The notes under the pieces were generated by a model. That model searched no databases, had not been told where the DNA came from, and saw only the letters and a program-made list of their open reading frames with translations. This document shows positions 18,025 through 26,097 of a stretch of 32,000 nt of DNA, one piece after another; position 1 is the first letter of the stretch, and every line of letters starts with the position of its first letter. Made by a program: the position numbers and the translations under genes. The DNA is from Edaphobacter aggregans (GTDB lineage Bacteria; Acidobacteriota; Terriglobia; Terriglobales; Acidobacteriaceae): NCBI RefSeq assembly GCF_003945235.1, contig NZ_RSDW01000001.1, positions 2,940,001 to 2,972,000 on the forward strand, in the 5' to 3' direction.

Positions 18025-18072
18025 CACGAACGCCCATTTCATCAGCTCTTCTGTGGCAGATGGGCGTTCGTG
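18025..18072. repeat. Perfect 13-bp inverted repeat (possible terminator or protein-binding palindrome) between convergent genes
   Basis: CACGAACGCCCAT (18025-18037) and ATGGGCGTTCGTG (18060-18072) are exact reverse complements separated by 22 nt. The repeat lies between the stop at 17990 and the stop at 18099. Confidence 0.4.
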
Positions 18073-18098
18073 TCCGGCGCACTTCTAACCACGATCCT

Positions 18099-19823
18099 TT
18101 AACGGTTCAGCTTGAAATCAACCGTAACCGTGGTTGCCACTTCGACCGGCTTACCGTTCACCGTGTAGGGCCTGTAGCGCCATTTCGAGACCGCTTCGGA
18201 CGCTGCACTCCGCAGCATCGGGTCGCCTTGAAGTACATGCAGATGCCCCACTGTGCCGTTCTTCGTGATGATCGCCTGCATGACGACCGGGCCTTCGACG
18301 CGATCGGCCTTGGCAACGTCCGGGTAAGCAGGAACTCGCGACACCACCAGGTTCTCTTCCATCACACCAGGCGCAACAGACACCGGCCCTTCCAAACCGC
18401 CGTCCGAAACACCTCTGCTCGTTTCAACTAGCTCTGGTTCCTCCGGAACGGCTAGAGCGTGGCTCTTGTGTCGCAGGTGCGCATCAGTTTTCGAGATGGC
18501 GGCTTGCGATTCAGTGACGGCTTTTGTGGGCTCGTTCGTATTTTGTTCCGCTGGCTCGCTTACGACTGGTGCACTCGCGACCTGCGCACTCGCGGACGGA
18601 GCATCCTGAGCCGGGCTGCTATCGTTTGCCGCGGCTGTACCCGCTCCAGTGGTGCTCGATACCTCAGCCGAACCCGATCCATCGGCTGCTCGACCCTTCA
18701 CCACACCGTGCAGTTCATGAAGCGCTGCGTCATACCTCTCATGAAGCGACGGACCAAAATCTGCCCATAGAGATGCACCATACTGCCGATGGAGAAAGAA
18801 AAATCCGCCCACCCCAATCAACAGCAACGCTGCAAAGAGACCTACACTTCGACTGATCCGTCGCTGCGAGTAGCCCTGAAGCGGGATTGAGATCGAAGGA
18901 TCGTCATCATCCGCCGAATTGATCAACGGCACCGGCTGCGGCTCCAGCACGAGCCTGGATTTCTCGACGGCTCGGCCCACAGACTCCTGCATCGGCCTCG
19001 ACTTCTCTCGTACTGGCTCAGTTATCGGCTCACGGACTTGCTCTGGTCTGGTGATTGGCCCCGCAGCGATTCTTCCCACACTCTCACGATCACGCACACC
19101 CGAGACCTTCGAGGCTAGCTCTTCAAGATGCGGCTCCATCCGGCTCATACGGCTGTCGATATTGTCGAGATGCAATTTAAGCTCGAGGCTATTCAATTCC
19201 AGCCGCAACAGAGCCTCATCCAACTGATGTTGCGTCAGTCCGGACTCACGCGACGAAGTGTGATCGTCCAGTCCACTCGTCAGTTGATCCTCCACTCTCG
19301 CATCAGGCTCCGGTAACGGCGAAGACTTCAGGTCAGAGTTAAATGCCTGCTCCGATATTCGTTCTGAAGATCGAGAGAATGCAGGAGCTGCGGAGGGCTG
19401 GCTCGTCGAAGTCTCAATAGCCTTCATGGGAGGAGGTGGAACAGCGGCGGGCGACGCGACGACAACCTCGTCTTCCTCGTGCACAACGGGACTGCTCACA
19501 TCCTCGCCCGCAAGGATTCTCGCGAAATCATTTATCTGCGGTTTTAACTTGTCATCCGCAGCTGTTACCGAGCAACCCGCAATCTCCTGCACGATGGCAT
19601 TCAACATCTGCTCATCGGAGAGCTGGCCGCCCTCACGGTTGCTGAATTTGCCTGCGAGCGCCCAAAAATCCATCGCGAACTTTCGGTCTTCCGCAAGCTG
19701 CCGCATGAATGCGCTAAAGCTGTCCGTCGATCCAAAACGCACGCTATGCATATCGCAGAGCGCACGGAATTTTTTCACGTACAGTACAGCAGGAGTTTCA
19801 TCGACTTTTACCGTGGCAATCAT
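18099..19823 (-). CDS. TonB C-terminal-domain protein with a long cytoplasmic N-terminal region
   Basis: The C-terminus VSRVPAYPDVAKADRVEGPVVMQAIITKNGTVGHLHVLQGDPMLRSAASEAVSKWRYRPYTVNGKPVEVATTVTVDFKL matches the TonB_C energy-transducer fold signature (YP...A......G.V......G.V....V......L..AA..A...W.F.P). There is a single TM helix VGLFAALLLIGVGGFFFL (complement of 18792-18845). About 325 residues lie N-terminal to it. Confidence 0.75.
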   Translation of the reverse strand: MIATVKVDETPAVLYVKKFRALCDMHSVRFGSTDSFSAFMRQLAEDRKFAMDFWALAGKFSNREGGQLSDEQMLNAIVQEIAGCSVTAADDKLKPQINDFARILAGEDVSSPVVHEEDEVVVASPAAVPPPPMKAIETSTSQPSAAPAFSRSSERISEQAFNSDLKSSPLPEPDARVEDQLTSGLDDHTSSRESGLTQHQLDEALLRLELNSLELKLHLDNIDSRMSRMEPHLEELASKVSGVRDRESVGRIAAGPITRPEQVREPITEPVREKSRPMQESVGRAVEKSRLVLEPQPVPLINSADDDDPSISIPLQGYSQRRISRSVGLFAALLLIGVGGFFFLHRQYGASLWADFGPSLHERYDAALHELHGVVKGRAADGSGSAEVSSTTGAGTAAANDSSPAQDAPSASAQVASAPVVSEPAEQNTNEPTKAVTESQAAISKTDAHLRHKSHALAVPEEPELVETSRGVSDGGLEGPVSVAPGVMEENLVVSRVPAYPDVAKADRVEGPVVMQAIITKNGTVGHLHVLQGDPMLRSAASEAVSKWRYRPYTVNGKPVEVATTVTVDFKLNR

Positions 19824-19982
19824 GTCGATTTAGATGCCAAACTCGCGCCACGGGCTGTCAGGCTGCGTTTTCGACAACATCTCAAACGCTGCCATAGACA
19901 TACAGCCACCGCCGCTAGGTTCCGCACCTCCCAACTCATTTCAGTACAATGGTCGAGGCACGTTTCCGGAAGGCATTCAAGC

Positions 19983-20828
19983 ATGAGTTGGTTCAAACGC
20001 GAAGACAATGAGATCGTCAACGACGCCGAGAAGACGGTCCGCACCGAAGGCCTTTGGGTCCGTTGCCCGGGCTGCCGGCAGGTCATCTTTAAGGCCGAAC
20101 TCGAGGCCAACCAGCAGGTTTGCCCCAAGTGCGGCCACCACTTCCGCATCGGCGCGCGCGAACGCATCGAGAATCTTCTCGAGCCGGGTTATGAACTCGT
20201 CGACCTTGAGCTCCGCTCTACCGATCCGCTCAACTTCACCGACCTCAAGCCTTACAAGAAGCGCCTCGCCGACGCGCAGAAGAAGACCGGCCTCAACGAC
20301 GCCATCATTAATGCCATCGGCCAGCTTGGCTCGCACAACGTTGTACTCAGCGTCATGGAGTACAGCTTTATCGGCGGCAGCATGGGCTCCGTCGTCGGCG
20401 AAACCATCACCCGCGCCGTAGACCGCTCGCTCGCGACGCGGCATCCTCTCATCATCATCTCGGCCTCGGGCGGCGCGCGCATGATGGAGGGCATCGCCTC
20501 GCTCATGCAGCTGGCGAAGATCTCCAACGGCCTTGCCCGCCTCGACAACGAAAAGATCCCCTACATCTCCGTCATGACCGACCCCACGACGGGCGGCGTT
20601 ACGGCCAGCTTCGCGATGCTCGGCGATCTGAACATCGCCGAACCCGAGGCACTCATCGGCTTCGCAGGCCCACGCGTTATCGAGCAAACTATCCGCCAGA
20701 AGCTACCGGAAGGCTTCCAGCGCTCCGAGTTCCTCCTCGAACACGGCTTCCTCGACGCCATCGTTCCGCGCAAAGAGATGAAGCAGTACCTCGAACAGAC
20801 GCTCACCTGGATGACCGCTCAATCCTGA
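19983..20828 (+). CDS. accD: Acetyl-CoA carboxylase carboxyltransferase subunit beta
   Basis: MSWFKRE...WVRCPGCRQVIFKAELEANQQVCPKCGHHFRIGARERI is the AccD zinc ribbon, followed by the carboxyltransferase core SFIGGSMGSVVGE and SASGGARMMEG. The track ORF starts at 19746, but the upstream 79 codons are not AccD-like. Confidence 0.92.
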   Translation: MSWFKREDNEIVNDAEKTVRTEGLWVRCPGCRQVIFKAELEANQQVCPKCGHHFRIGARERIENLLEPGYELVDLELRSTDPLNFTDLKPYKKRLADAQKKTGLNDAIINAIGQLGSHNVVLSVMEYSFIGGSMGSVVGETITRAVDRSLATRHPLIIISASGGARMMEGIASLMQLAKISNGLARLDNEKIPYISVMTDPTTGGVTASFAMLGDLNIAEPEALIGFAGPRVIEQTIRQKLPEGFQRSEFLLEHGFLDAIVPRKEMKQYLEQTLTWMTAQS

Positions 20829-20897
20829 GCTGCATAAAACGATCTACTGGACTCTGAATTACTGATCTCCTGTTTCAAATGATTCTGCGAGGTTCCA

Positions 20898-23051
20898 ATG
20901 GCTATCGATCGCCGATCCTTCCTCCAACTTCTGAGTACGAGCGCGCTTACTGCAGCTTTCCCGGCAAGCATCAGTCGAGCGCTGGAGATTCCTGCGCATC
21001 ACAGTACAGGTACTATCGCGGATGTCCAGCATATCGTCATCATGATGCAGGAGAACCGTTCGTTTGATCATTACTTCGGAACGATGAGGGGCGTGCGCGG
21101 ATTTCGCGATCCCCGAGCAGTCACCCTTTCCAACGGAAACCCTGTCTGGTGTCAGCCCAATGGTGGGAGCTATGTCTTGCCGTTCCATCCGGGAACGCCG
21201 AATCTTGGACTTCAGTTTCTTGAGGATCTTGCGCATGACTGGACGACAACACATGCGGCTTGGAATGAGGGCCACAACGATCAATGGGTGCGAGAGAAGG
21301 GCACCACCACGATGGCGCATCTGACCAGGAGCGATATTCCCTTCCATTATGCGCTGGCCGATGCGTTCACTATTTGCGACGCCTACCATTGCTCACTGAT
21401 GGGACCGACCGATCCGAATCGGTACCACATGTGGACTGGTTGGGTTGGCAACGACGGACGCAATGGCGGACCCGTTCTAGACAATGCCGAGGCCGGATAT
21501 AGCTGGCCAACCTTTCCGGAGCTTCTACAGAAGGCGGGTATCTCCTGGAAGATCTATCAGGACATCGGCCTGGGGCTGGAACTCAACGGGCGCGGGGAGA
21601 CGGTGGATCCTTGCATCGGTAACTACGGAGACAACGCGCTCCTTTACTTCCATCAGTACCAGAATGCGCAACGAGGTTCTGCGCTGTACGAGGGAGCGAA
21701 GACGGGAACGAACGTCGCGGTACAAGGATCCTTGTTCGATATCTTCCAGGAAGATGTTCTGAAGGGAACTCTGCCGCAGGTTACGTGGATTGTCGCTCCG
21801 GAGGCGTACACGGAACATCCAAACTGGCCGGCGAATTATGGTGCGTGGTATATCTCGCAGATACTGGATGCGCTTACGGCCAATCCCGAGGTCTGGAGCA
21901 AGACCGCATTCTTCCTGATGTATGACGAGAATGACGGCTTCTTCGATCACATGGTGCCACCGACGCCTCCGCAGTCTCGGGCACAGGGGCTCTCGACCGT
22001 GAGCACGACCCATGAGATATTCGCGGGGAACGCTCACTATCCCGCCGGTCCCTATGGCCTAGGGATGCGGGTTCCGATGTTCGTCATCTCTCCGTGGAGC
22101 AAGGGTGGCTGGGTGAGCTCGCAGGTGTTCGACCACACATCACTGATTCAATTTATCGAAAAGCGTTTTGGCCTGCGGGAAAATAACATTACCCCATGGC
22201 GGCGTGCCGTCGCTGGAGATCTTACGTCGGCCTTCAACTTTGCCTCCCCCAACGACGCTGCGGTTCAATTGCCAAGCACTGTTGCCTACCGGCCACCGGA
22301 TAGTCAGAGACGTTCGGACTACAAGCCTGAACCTCCTGTGGATCAGGCATTGCCGGCTCAGGAACCGGGAATGCGGCCAGCACGCGCAGTTCCGTATGTG
22401 CTCAATGTTCGTGGGCAAGCTAATTTCTCAAACCGTACGGTCAATATTTATTTTGGCAATTCGGGCAAAGCCGCTGCGGTTTTTCACGTGCGTTCCGGCA
22501 ATAGCCATAATGGACCTTGGACCTATACGGTTGGACCGAATGCAGAGGTCTCAGATAGTTGGGCTTTCACGGCGAACGGTCAGGGCGCCTACGATCTTTC
22601 GGTGTTCGGTCCAAATGGCTTTCTGCGCTCCTTCAAGGGCAGCATCCTCGGCAGTAACAGGGCCAATCTCGAGATTACGAGTGTCTACAATGCAGCCCGC
22701 GGCAGCATTACATTGACCATCGTCAATCAACAGGTGCCGCTGCGCAAAACGAGCGTTCCGAAGCTCGCTACGGAAGAAGAGCTCGAAAACAATTCGCTGA
22801 ATAACCCCAACCAACAAACGCTCACCAAGGTGAGCATCCTGAATGCCTATACGAAGAAAACGACCGTCCACGAACTCGGGCCGGGGGCGTCTCTGACGCA
22901 ATCCTGGCCGTTGGAGACCACTTTCGGCTGGTATGACTTTGTGGTCGAGGTCAATTCGGATTCCAGCTTCCAGCAGCGTCTCGCTGGTCACGTTGAAACT
23001 GGACACGATAGTATGAGCGACCCGGCGCTGGGTGCGTCCGTGACGGAGTAA
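20898..23051 (+). CDS. Phospholipase C, phosphocholine-specific / non-haemolytic PlcN-type phosphoesterase, Tat-exported
   Basis: The Tat signal is MAIDRRSFLQLLSTSALTAAFPASISRA. The phosphoesterase-family signature is IVIMMQENRSFDHYFGTMRGVRGFRDP, with YDENDGFFDH also present. The C-terminal region is consistent with the duplicated beta-domain tail of this family. Confidence 0.88.
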   Translation: MAIDRRSFLQLLSTSALTAAFPASISRALEIPAHHSTGTIADVQHIVIMMQENRSFDHYFGTMRGVRGFRDPRAVTLSNGNPVWCQPNGGSYVLPFHPGTPNLGLQFLEDLAHDWTTTHAAWNEGHNDQWVREKGTTTMAHLTRSDIPFHYALADAFTICDAYHCSLMGPTDPNRYHMWTGWVGNDGRNGGPVLDNAEAGYSWPTFPELLQKAGISWKIYQDIGLGLELNGRGETVDPCIGNYGDNALLYFHQYQNAQRGSALYEGAKTGTNVAVQGSLFDIFQEDVLKGTLPQVTWIVAPEAYTEHPNWPANYGAWYISQILDALTANPEVWSKTAFFLMYDENDGFFDHMVPPTPPQSRAQGLSTVSTTHEIFAGNAHYPAGPYGLGMRVPMFVISPWSKGGWVSSQVFDHTSLIQFIEKRFGLRENNITPWRRAVAGDLTSAFNFASPNDAAVQLPSTVAYRPPDSQRRSDYKPEPPVDQALPAQEPGMRPARAVPYVLNVRGQANFSNRTVNIYFGNSGKAAAVFHVRSGNSHNGPWTYTVGPNAEVSDSWAFTANGQGAYDLSVFGPNGFLRSFKGSILGSNRANLEITSVYNAARGSITLTIVNQQVPLRKTSVPKLATEEELENNSLNNPNQQTLTKVSILNAYTKKTTVHELGPGASLTQSWPLETTFGWYDFVVEVNSDSSFQQRLAGHVETGHDSMSDPALGASVTE

Positions 23052-23089
23052 ACAATAGCATCCCTCACCGTCCGCTATCCTTGGTAAGG

Positions 23090-23947
23090 ATGCAACATGC
23101 AAACCCCTCTCGTACCGCTCTCCGCGTAGCCATGCGCCGCGCCGCGCATCAGCTTTACGACGCGCGACCGCTGGTCCTCGACGATCCCATTGCCGTTCCC
23201 ATCCTTGGTCCTGACTATCTGCTCGAGGTTCACAAGACCGCCACCAAACTCCACAAGCCCTTCTCTGTGGCCCTTCGCGCCTTCCTCGTCGCGCGCAGCC
23301 GTTATGCCGAAGATCTGCTGGCCCAGTCCGTAGCACGCGGAGTCATCCAGTACGTCCTTCTTGGAGCGGGCCTCGACACGTTCGCCCATCGCAACCCGTA
23401 CCCGAGCCTCCGCGTCTTCGAGGTCGACCACCCCGCCACGCAACAATGGAAACGCGAACTGCTCGAAACCAGCGGGATTTCGACTCCGCCCAGCCTCACC
23501 TACGCCCCCGTCGACTTCGAGCACCACTCGCTCCCCGAGCAGCTCCAGTCCGCGGGCTTCAATCCCGCCATTCCCACCTTCTTCGCCTGGCTGGGAGTCG
23601 TCCCCTACCTTACCCTCGCTGCCTTTCGCTCGACCCTCTGCTTCATCGCCGCACGCCCCGCTGGCTCAGGAGTGGTGTTCGACTATGGCCAACCCCGCTC
23701 TGCCCTGCCCTTCTTCGAGCAGCTGGCCCACGACTCCCTCGCCGCGCGCGTCCAGCTAGCCGGCGAGCCCTTCCAGCTCTTCTTCAAGCCCCCTGAGATC
23801 GCCGCCGAGTTGTCTTCCAATGGGACCGCCTTCCACCAAATCGAAGACCTCGGCACGCCCGAGATCAACGCCCGCTACTTTGCCAACCGCTCGGACAACC
23901 TCAAAGTTCTGGGCTCATCCGGCCGTCTTCTCAGCGCCTGGCGTTGA
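23090..23947 (+). CDS. Class I SAM-dependent methyltransferase, leucine carboxyl methyltransferase (LCM / TIGR00027-like) family
   Basis: SRTALRVAMRRAAH...DDPIAVPILG, then QYVLLGAGLDTFAHR and VFEVDHPATQQWKRELL, are the typical motifs of this O-methyltransferase family. ATG 23090 is preferred over the TTG at 23081. Confidence 0.8.
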   Translation: MQHANPSRTALRVAMRRAAHQLYDARPLVLDDPIAVPILGPDYLLEVHKTATKLHKPFSVALRAFLVARSRYAEDLLAQSVARGVIQYVLLGAGLDTFAHRNPYPSLRVFEVDHPATQQWKRELLETSGISTPPSLTYAPVDFEHHSLPEQLQSAGFNPAIPTFFAWLGVVPYLTLAAFRSTLCFIAARPAGSGVVFDYGQPRSALPFFEQLAHDSLAARVQLAGEPFQLFFKPPEIAAELSSNGTAFHQIEDLGTPEINARYFANRSDNLKVLGSSGRLLSAWR

Positions 23948-24189
23948 AGTTTCTCGATTTATCGAATCTTGTCCAGCCCGGCTAAACGGCGGTACTGGGT
24001 GAAATAAGGGCCCTCTCATCTGAAGTTCGAGGCTGGGGAACTGCCGCCATTAACCCCTTCGAAAAAAATTTCCCTATTTGGACGCAATCGAGATATCTTC
24101 TCTACTTACATCTCAGAACAGGCATTAGACCCAAAGGTCTCAAAAAAGTTTCGGGCCTATTTGTTGAATTTACGAGAAGGTTGCCAAAA

Positions 24190-26097
24190 ATGTGCGGAAT
24201 TGCGGGTTATACCCATGCCGAGAAGGACTTTCTCCCAGAACGCATCCACCAGGCGGTCGCCTCGATCGTTCATCGCGGCCCAGACCAGCAAGGTGTCTGG
24301 CAAAGCCCAACCGTATCCCTTGGAGCCACTCGCCTTAGGGTAATCGATACCGTTGCCGGGGCCCAGCCCATAAGTTCGAATGACAACGACTATACGCTCG
24401 TCTTCAACGGCGAGATCTACAATCACGTCGAACTACGCAAAGAACTGATAGGCCATGGCCACCAGTTCAAGACATCCTGCGATACCGAAGTCGTCCTGCG
24501 CGCCTTCATGCAGTGGGATACGGCCTGCATCGAAAAACTTCGCGGCATGTTCGCCTTCGCCGTCTGGTGCGAGTCCCGGCAACGCCTCGTGCTGGCCCGC
24601 GACCGCATGGGGATCAAGCCTCTCTACTATGCTCGCCGTGGTCGCGATATCTACTTCGGCTCCGAGCTCAAGGCCATCTTCTGCCATCCCGAGATCAACC
24701 GCACCATCGACCTGCACGCCCTCGATACTTACCTGGGGCTGAACTATGTTGCAGGGCCGCAGACCCTAGCAGCGGGTCTCGTGAAGCTGATGCCCGGATG
24801 TTTTCTCACCTGGCACGACGGGGAGATCTCCACGCACCGTTACTGGCAGGCCGATCTTGCCGATGCCGTAAAGCCCTCCAGCCTGCATGACGCCACCGAG
24901 CGTCTCGATCATCTCCTCTCCGCTTCGATCAAAGAACATCTCGCCGCTGACGTTCCCGTCGGCATATGGCTCAGTGGAGGCATCGATTCTTCCACCGTTC
25001 TCCACTACGCCAGCCAGCACACCACGACACCGCTCAAGACCTTTTCCATCACCTTCAACGGCCGCGAGTTCGATGAGTCTCCTTATCTGCGAGAGATGGC
25101 TGGCCGCTACTCGACCGAGCATCATGAGCTGGATCTCGGCCCCTCGACTGTTACGCCGGATTCGATCACGGAGCAAGCCTACTACTCCGACGAGCCTAAC
25201 GCTGACGCCGGCGCCGTTCCCGTCTGGCACTTGTCCCGCATGTCCGCCAAAGAGGTCACGGTTGCCCTGAGCGGTGAAGGCGCCGACGAACTCTTCGGTG
25301 GCTATATCACCTATCTCGCCGACAAATATGCGCGGCGCGCCCGCATGGTTCCGCGAAGTCTCCGGCGGCTGTCCTTGCGCTCTGCCAACCGTCTGCGAGC
25401 TTCAAATAAAAAGATCGGTCTGGATTACAAATTACAGCGCTTTCTCCACGGAACACTCATGGATGAGCGGAGCTCGCACATATTCTGGAACGGGACCTTC
25501 TCGCAGGAACAGCGCAGCCAGCTGATGGTCTCGCACAACAGCGCCCACATGCTGAAACTGCTCGCGACTATACCGGCCCGCGGCGACCTGAGGCGCTTTA
25601 TGGCCTTCGATCAGGCGTACTATCTGCCGGACAATCTCCTGGTCAAGGTCGACAGGATGAGCATGGCCCATTCGCTTGAGGTGCGACCGGCGTTTCTGGA
25701 TCACCGCATCGTCGAATTCGCAGCCACGCTTCCTGCGAAATATTGCATTCAGGGGCGCACCTTGAAGCTGCTGTTGCGTAAGCTGATGAAGGACAAGCTT
25801 CCGCACAGCATTCTTGCGAAAAAGAAGCAAGGACTCGATATCCCTGTGCACGACTGGCTGCGCGGCCATCTGAAACCGCTGCTGCTGGACACGCTAAACA
25901 GAAAGACTGTAGAAGAGTCGGGGCTTGTCTACTGGCCGCATCTTGATTCCCTGATAAAGCTGCACATGGAAAGAAAGGCAAATTATGGGTACCACCTATG
26001 GGGCATGCTGATGCTGTTTCTCTGGATCAAACAATGGAAGATCCAATGCGGACAGGACATTCAAGCCCTCGAGGATTTCTCCACCGTTTCCGTGTAG
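24190..26097 (+). CDS. asnB: Asparagine synthase (glutamine-hydrolysing) family amidotransferase
   Basis: The start is set at ATG 24190 so that the product begins MCGIAGY, with the Ntn catalytic Cys2. The PP-loop is WLSGGIDSS and GEGADELFGGY is also present. The length is about 635 aa. This may be a polysaccharide or lipid amidotransferase rather than a housekeeping AsnB. Confidence 0.88.
   Translation: MCGIAGYTHAEKDFLPERIHQAVASIVHRGPDQQGVWQSPTVSLGATRLRVIDTVAGAQPISSNDNDYTLVFNGEIYNHVELRKELIGHGHQFKTSCDTEVVLRAFMQWDTACIEKLRGMFAFAVWCESRQRLVLARDRMGIKPLYYARRGRDIYFGSELKAIFCHPEINRTIDLHALDTYLGLNYVAGPQTLAAGLVKLMPGCFLTWHDGEISTHRYWQADLADAVKPSSLHDATERLDHLLSASIKEHLAADVPVGIWLSGGIDSSTVLHYASQHTTTPLKTFSITFNGREFDESPYLREMAGRYSTEHHELDLGPSTVTPDSITEQAYYSDEPNADAGAVPVWHLSRMSAKEVTVALSGEGADELFGGYITYLADKYARRARMVPRSLRRLSLRSANRLRASNKKIGLDYKLQRFLHGTLMDERSSHIFWNGTFSQEQRSQLMVSHNSAHMLKLLATIPARGDLRRFMAFDQAYYLPDNLLVKVDRMSMAHSLEVRPAFLDHRIVEFAATLPAKYCIQGRTLKLLLRKLMKDKLPHSILAKKKQGLDIPVHDWLRGHLKPLLLDTLNRKTVEESGLVYWPHLDSLIKLHMERKANYGYHLWGMLMLFLWIKQWKIQCGQDIQALEDFSTVSV

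Noticed and set aside
5272-20000. N-terminal extensions given by the ORF track for nadD (5272), the sulfatase-like gene (7609), rsfS (9382), rlmH (13620), the secreted orphan (14721) and accD (19746)
   Set aside because: The extended parts overlap upstream genes or lack any similarity to the family. Internal ATG/TTG codons give N-termini that match family norms or open onto signal peptides or TM helices.
20829-20897. Pho-box-like sequence (CTGCATAAAACGATCTAC) upstream of the phospholipase C gene
   Set aside because: It only loosely resembles the CTGTCAT-N4-CTGTCAT consensus, which in any case comes from Enterobacteria. The second half-site is poor, so this is not supportable by eye.
24190-26097. 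The AsnB homologue as a lasso-peptide cyclase / RiPP cluster
   Set aside because: The catalytic Cys2 glutaminase N-terminus is intact. There is no transglutaminase-like protease, no PqqD-like RRE and no ABC exporter nearby. The 242-nt upstream spacer contains no ATG and only TTG-initiated ORFs of 16 codons or fewer, so no precursor peptide is evident.
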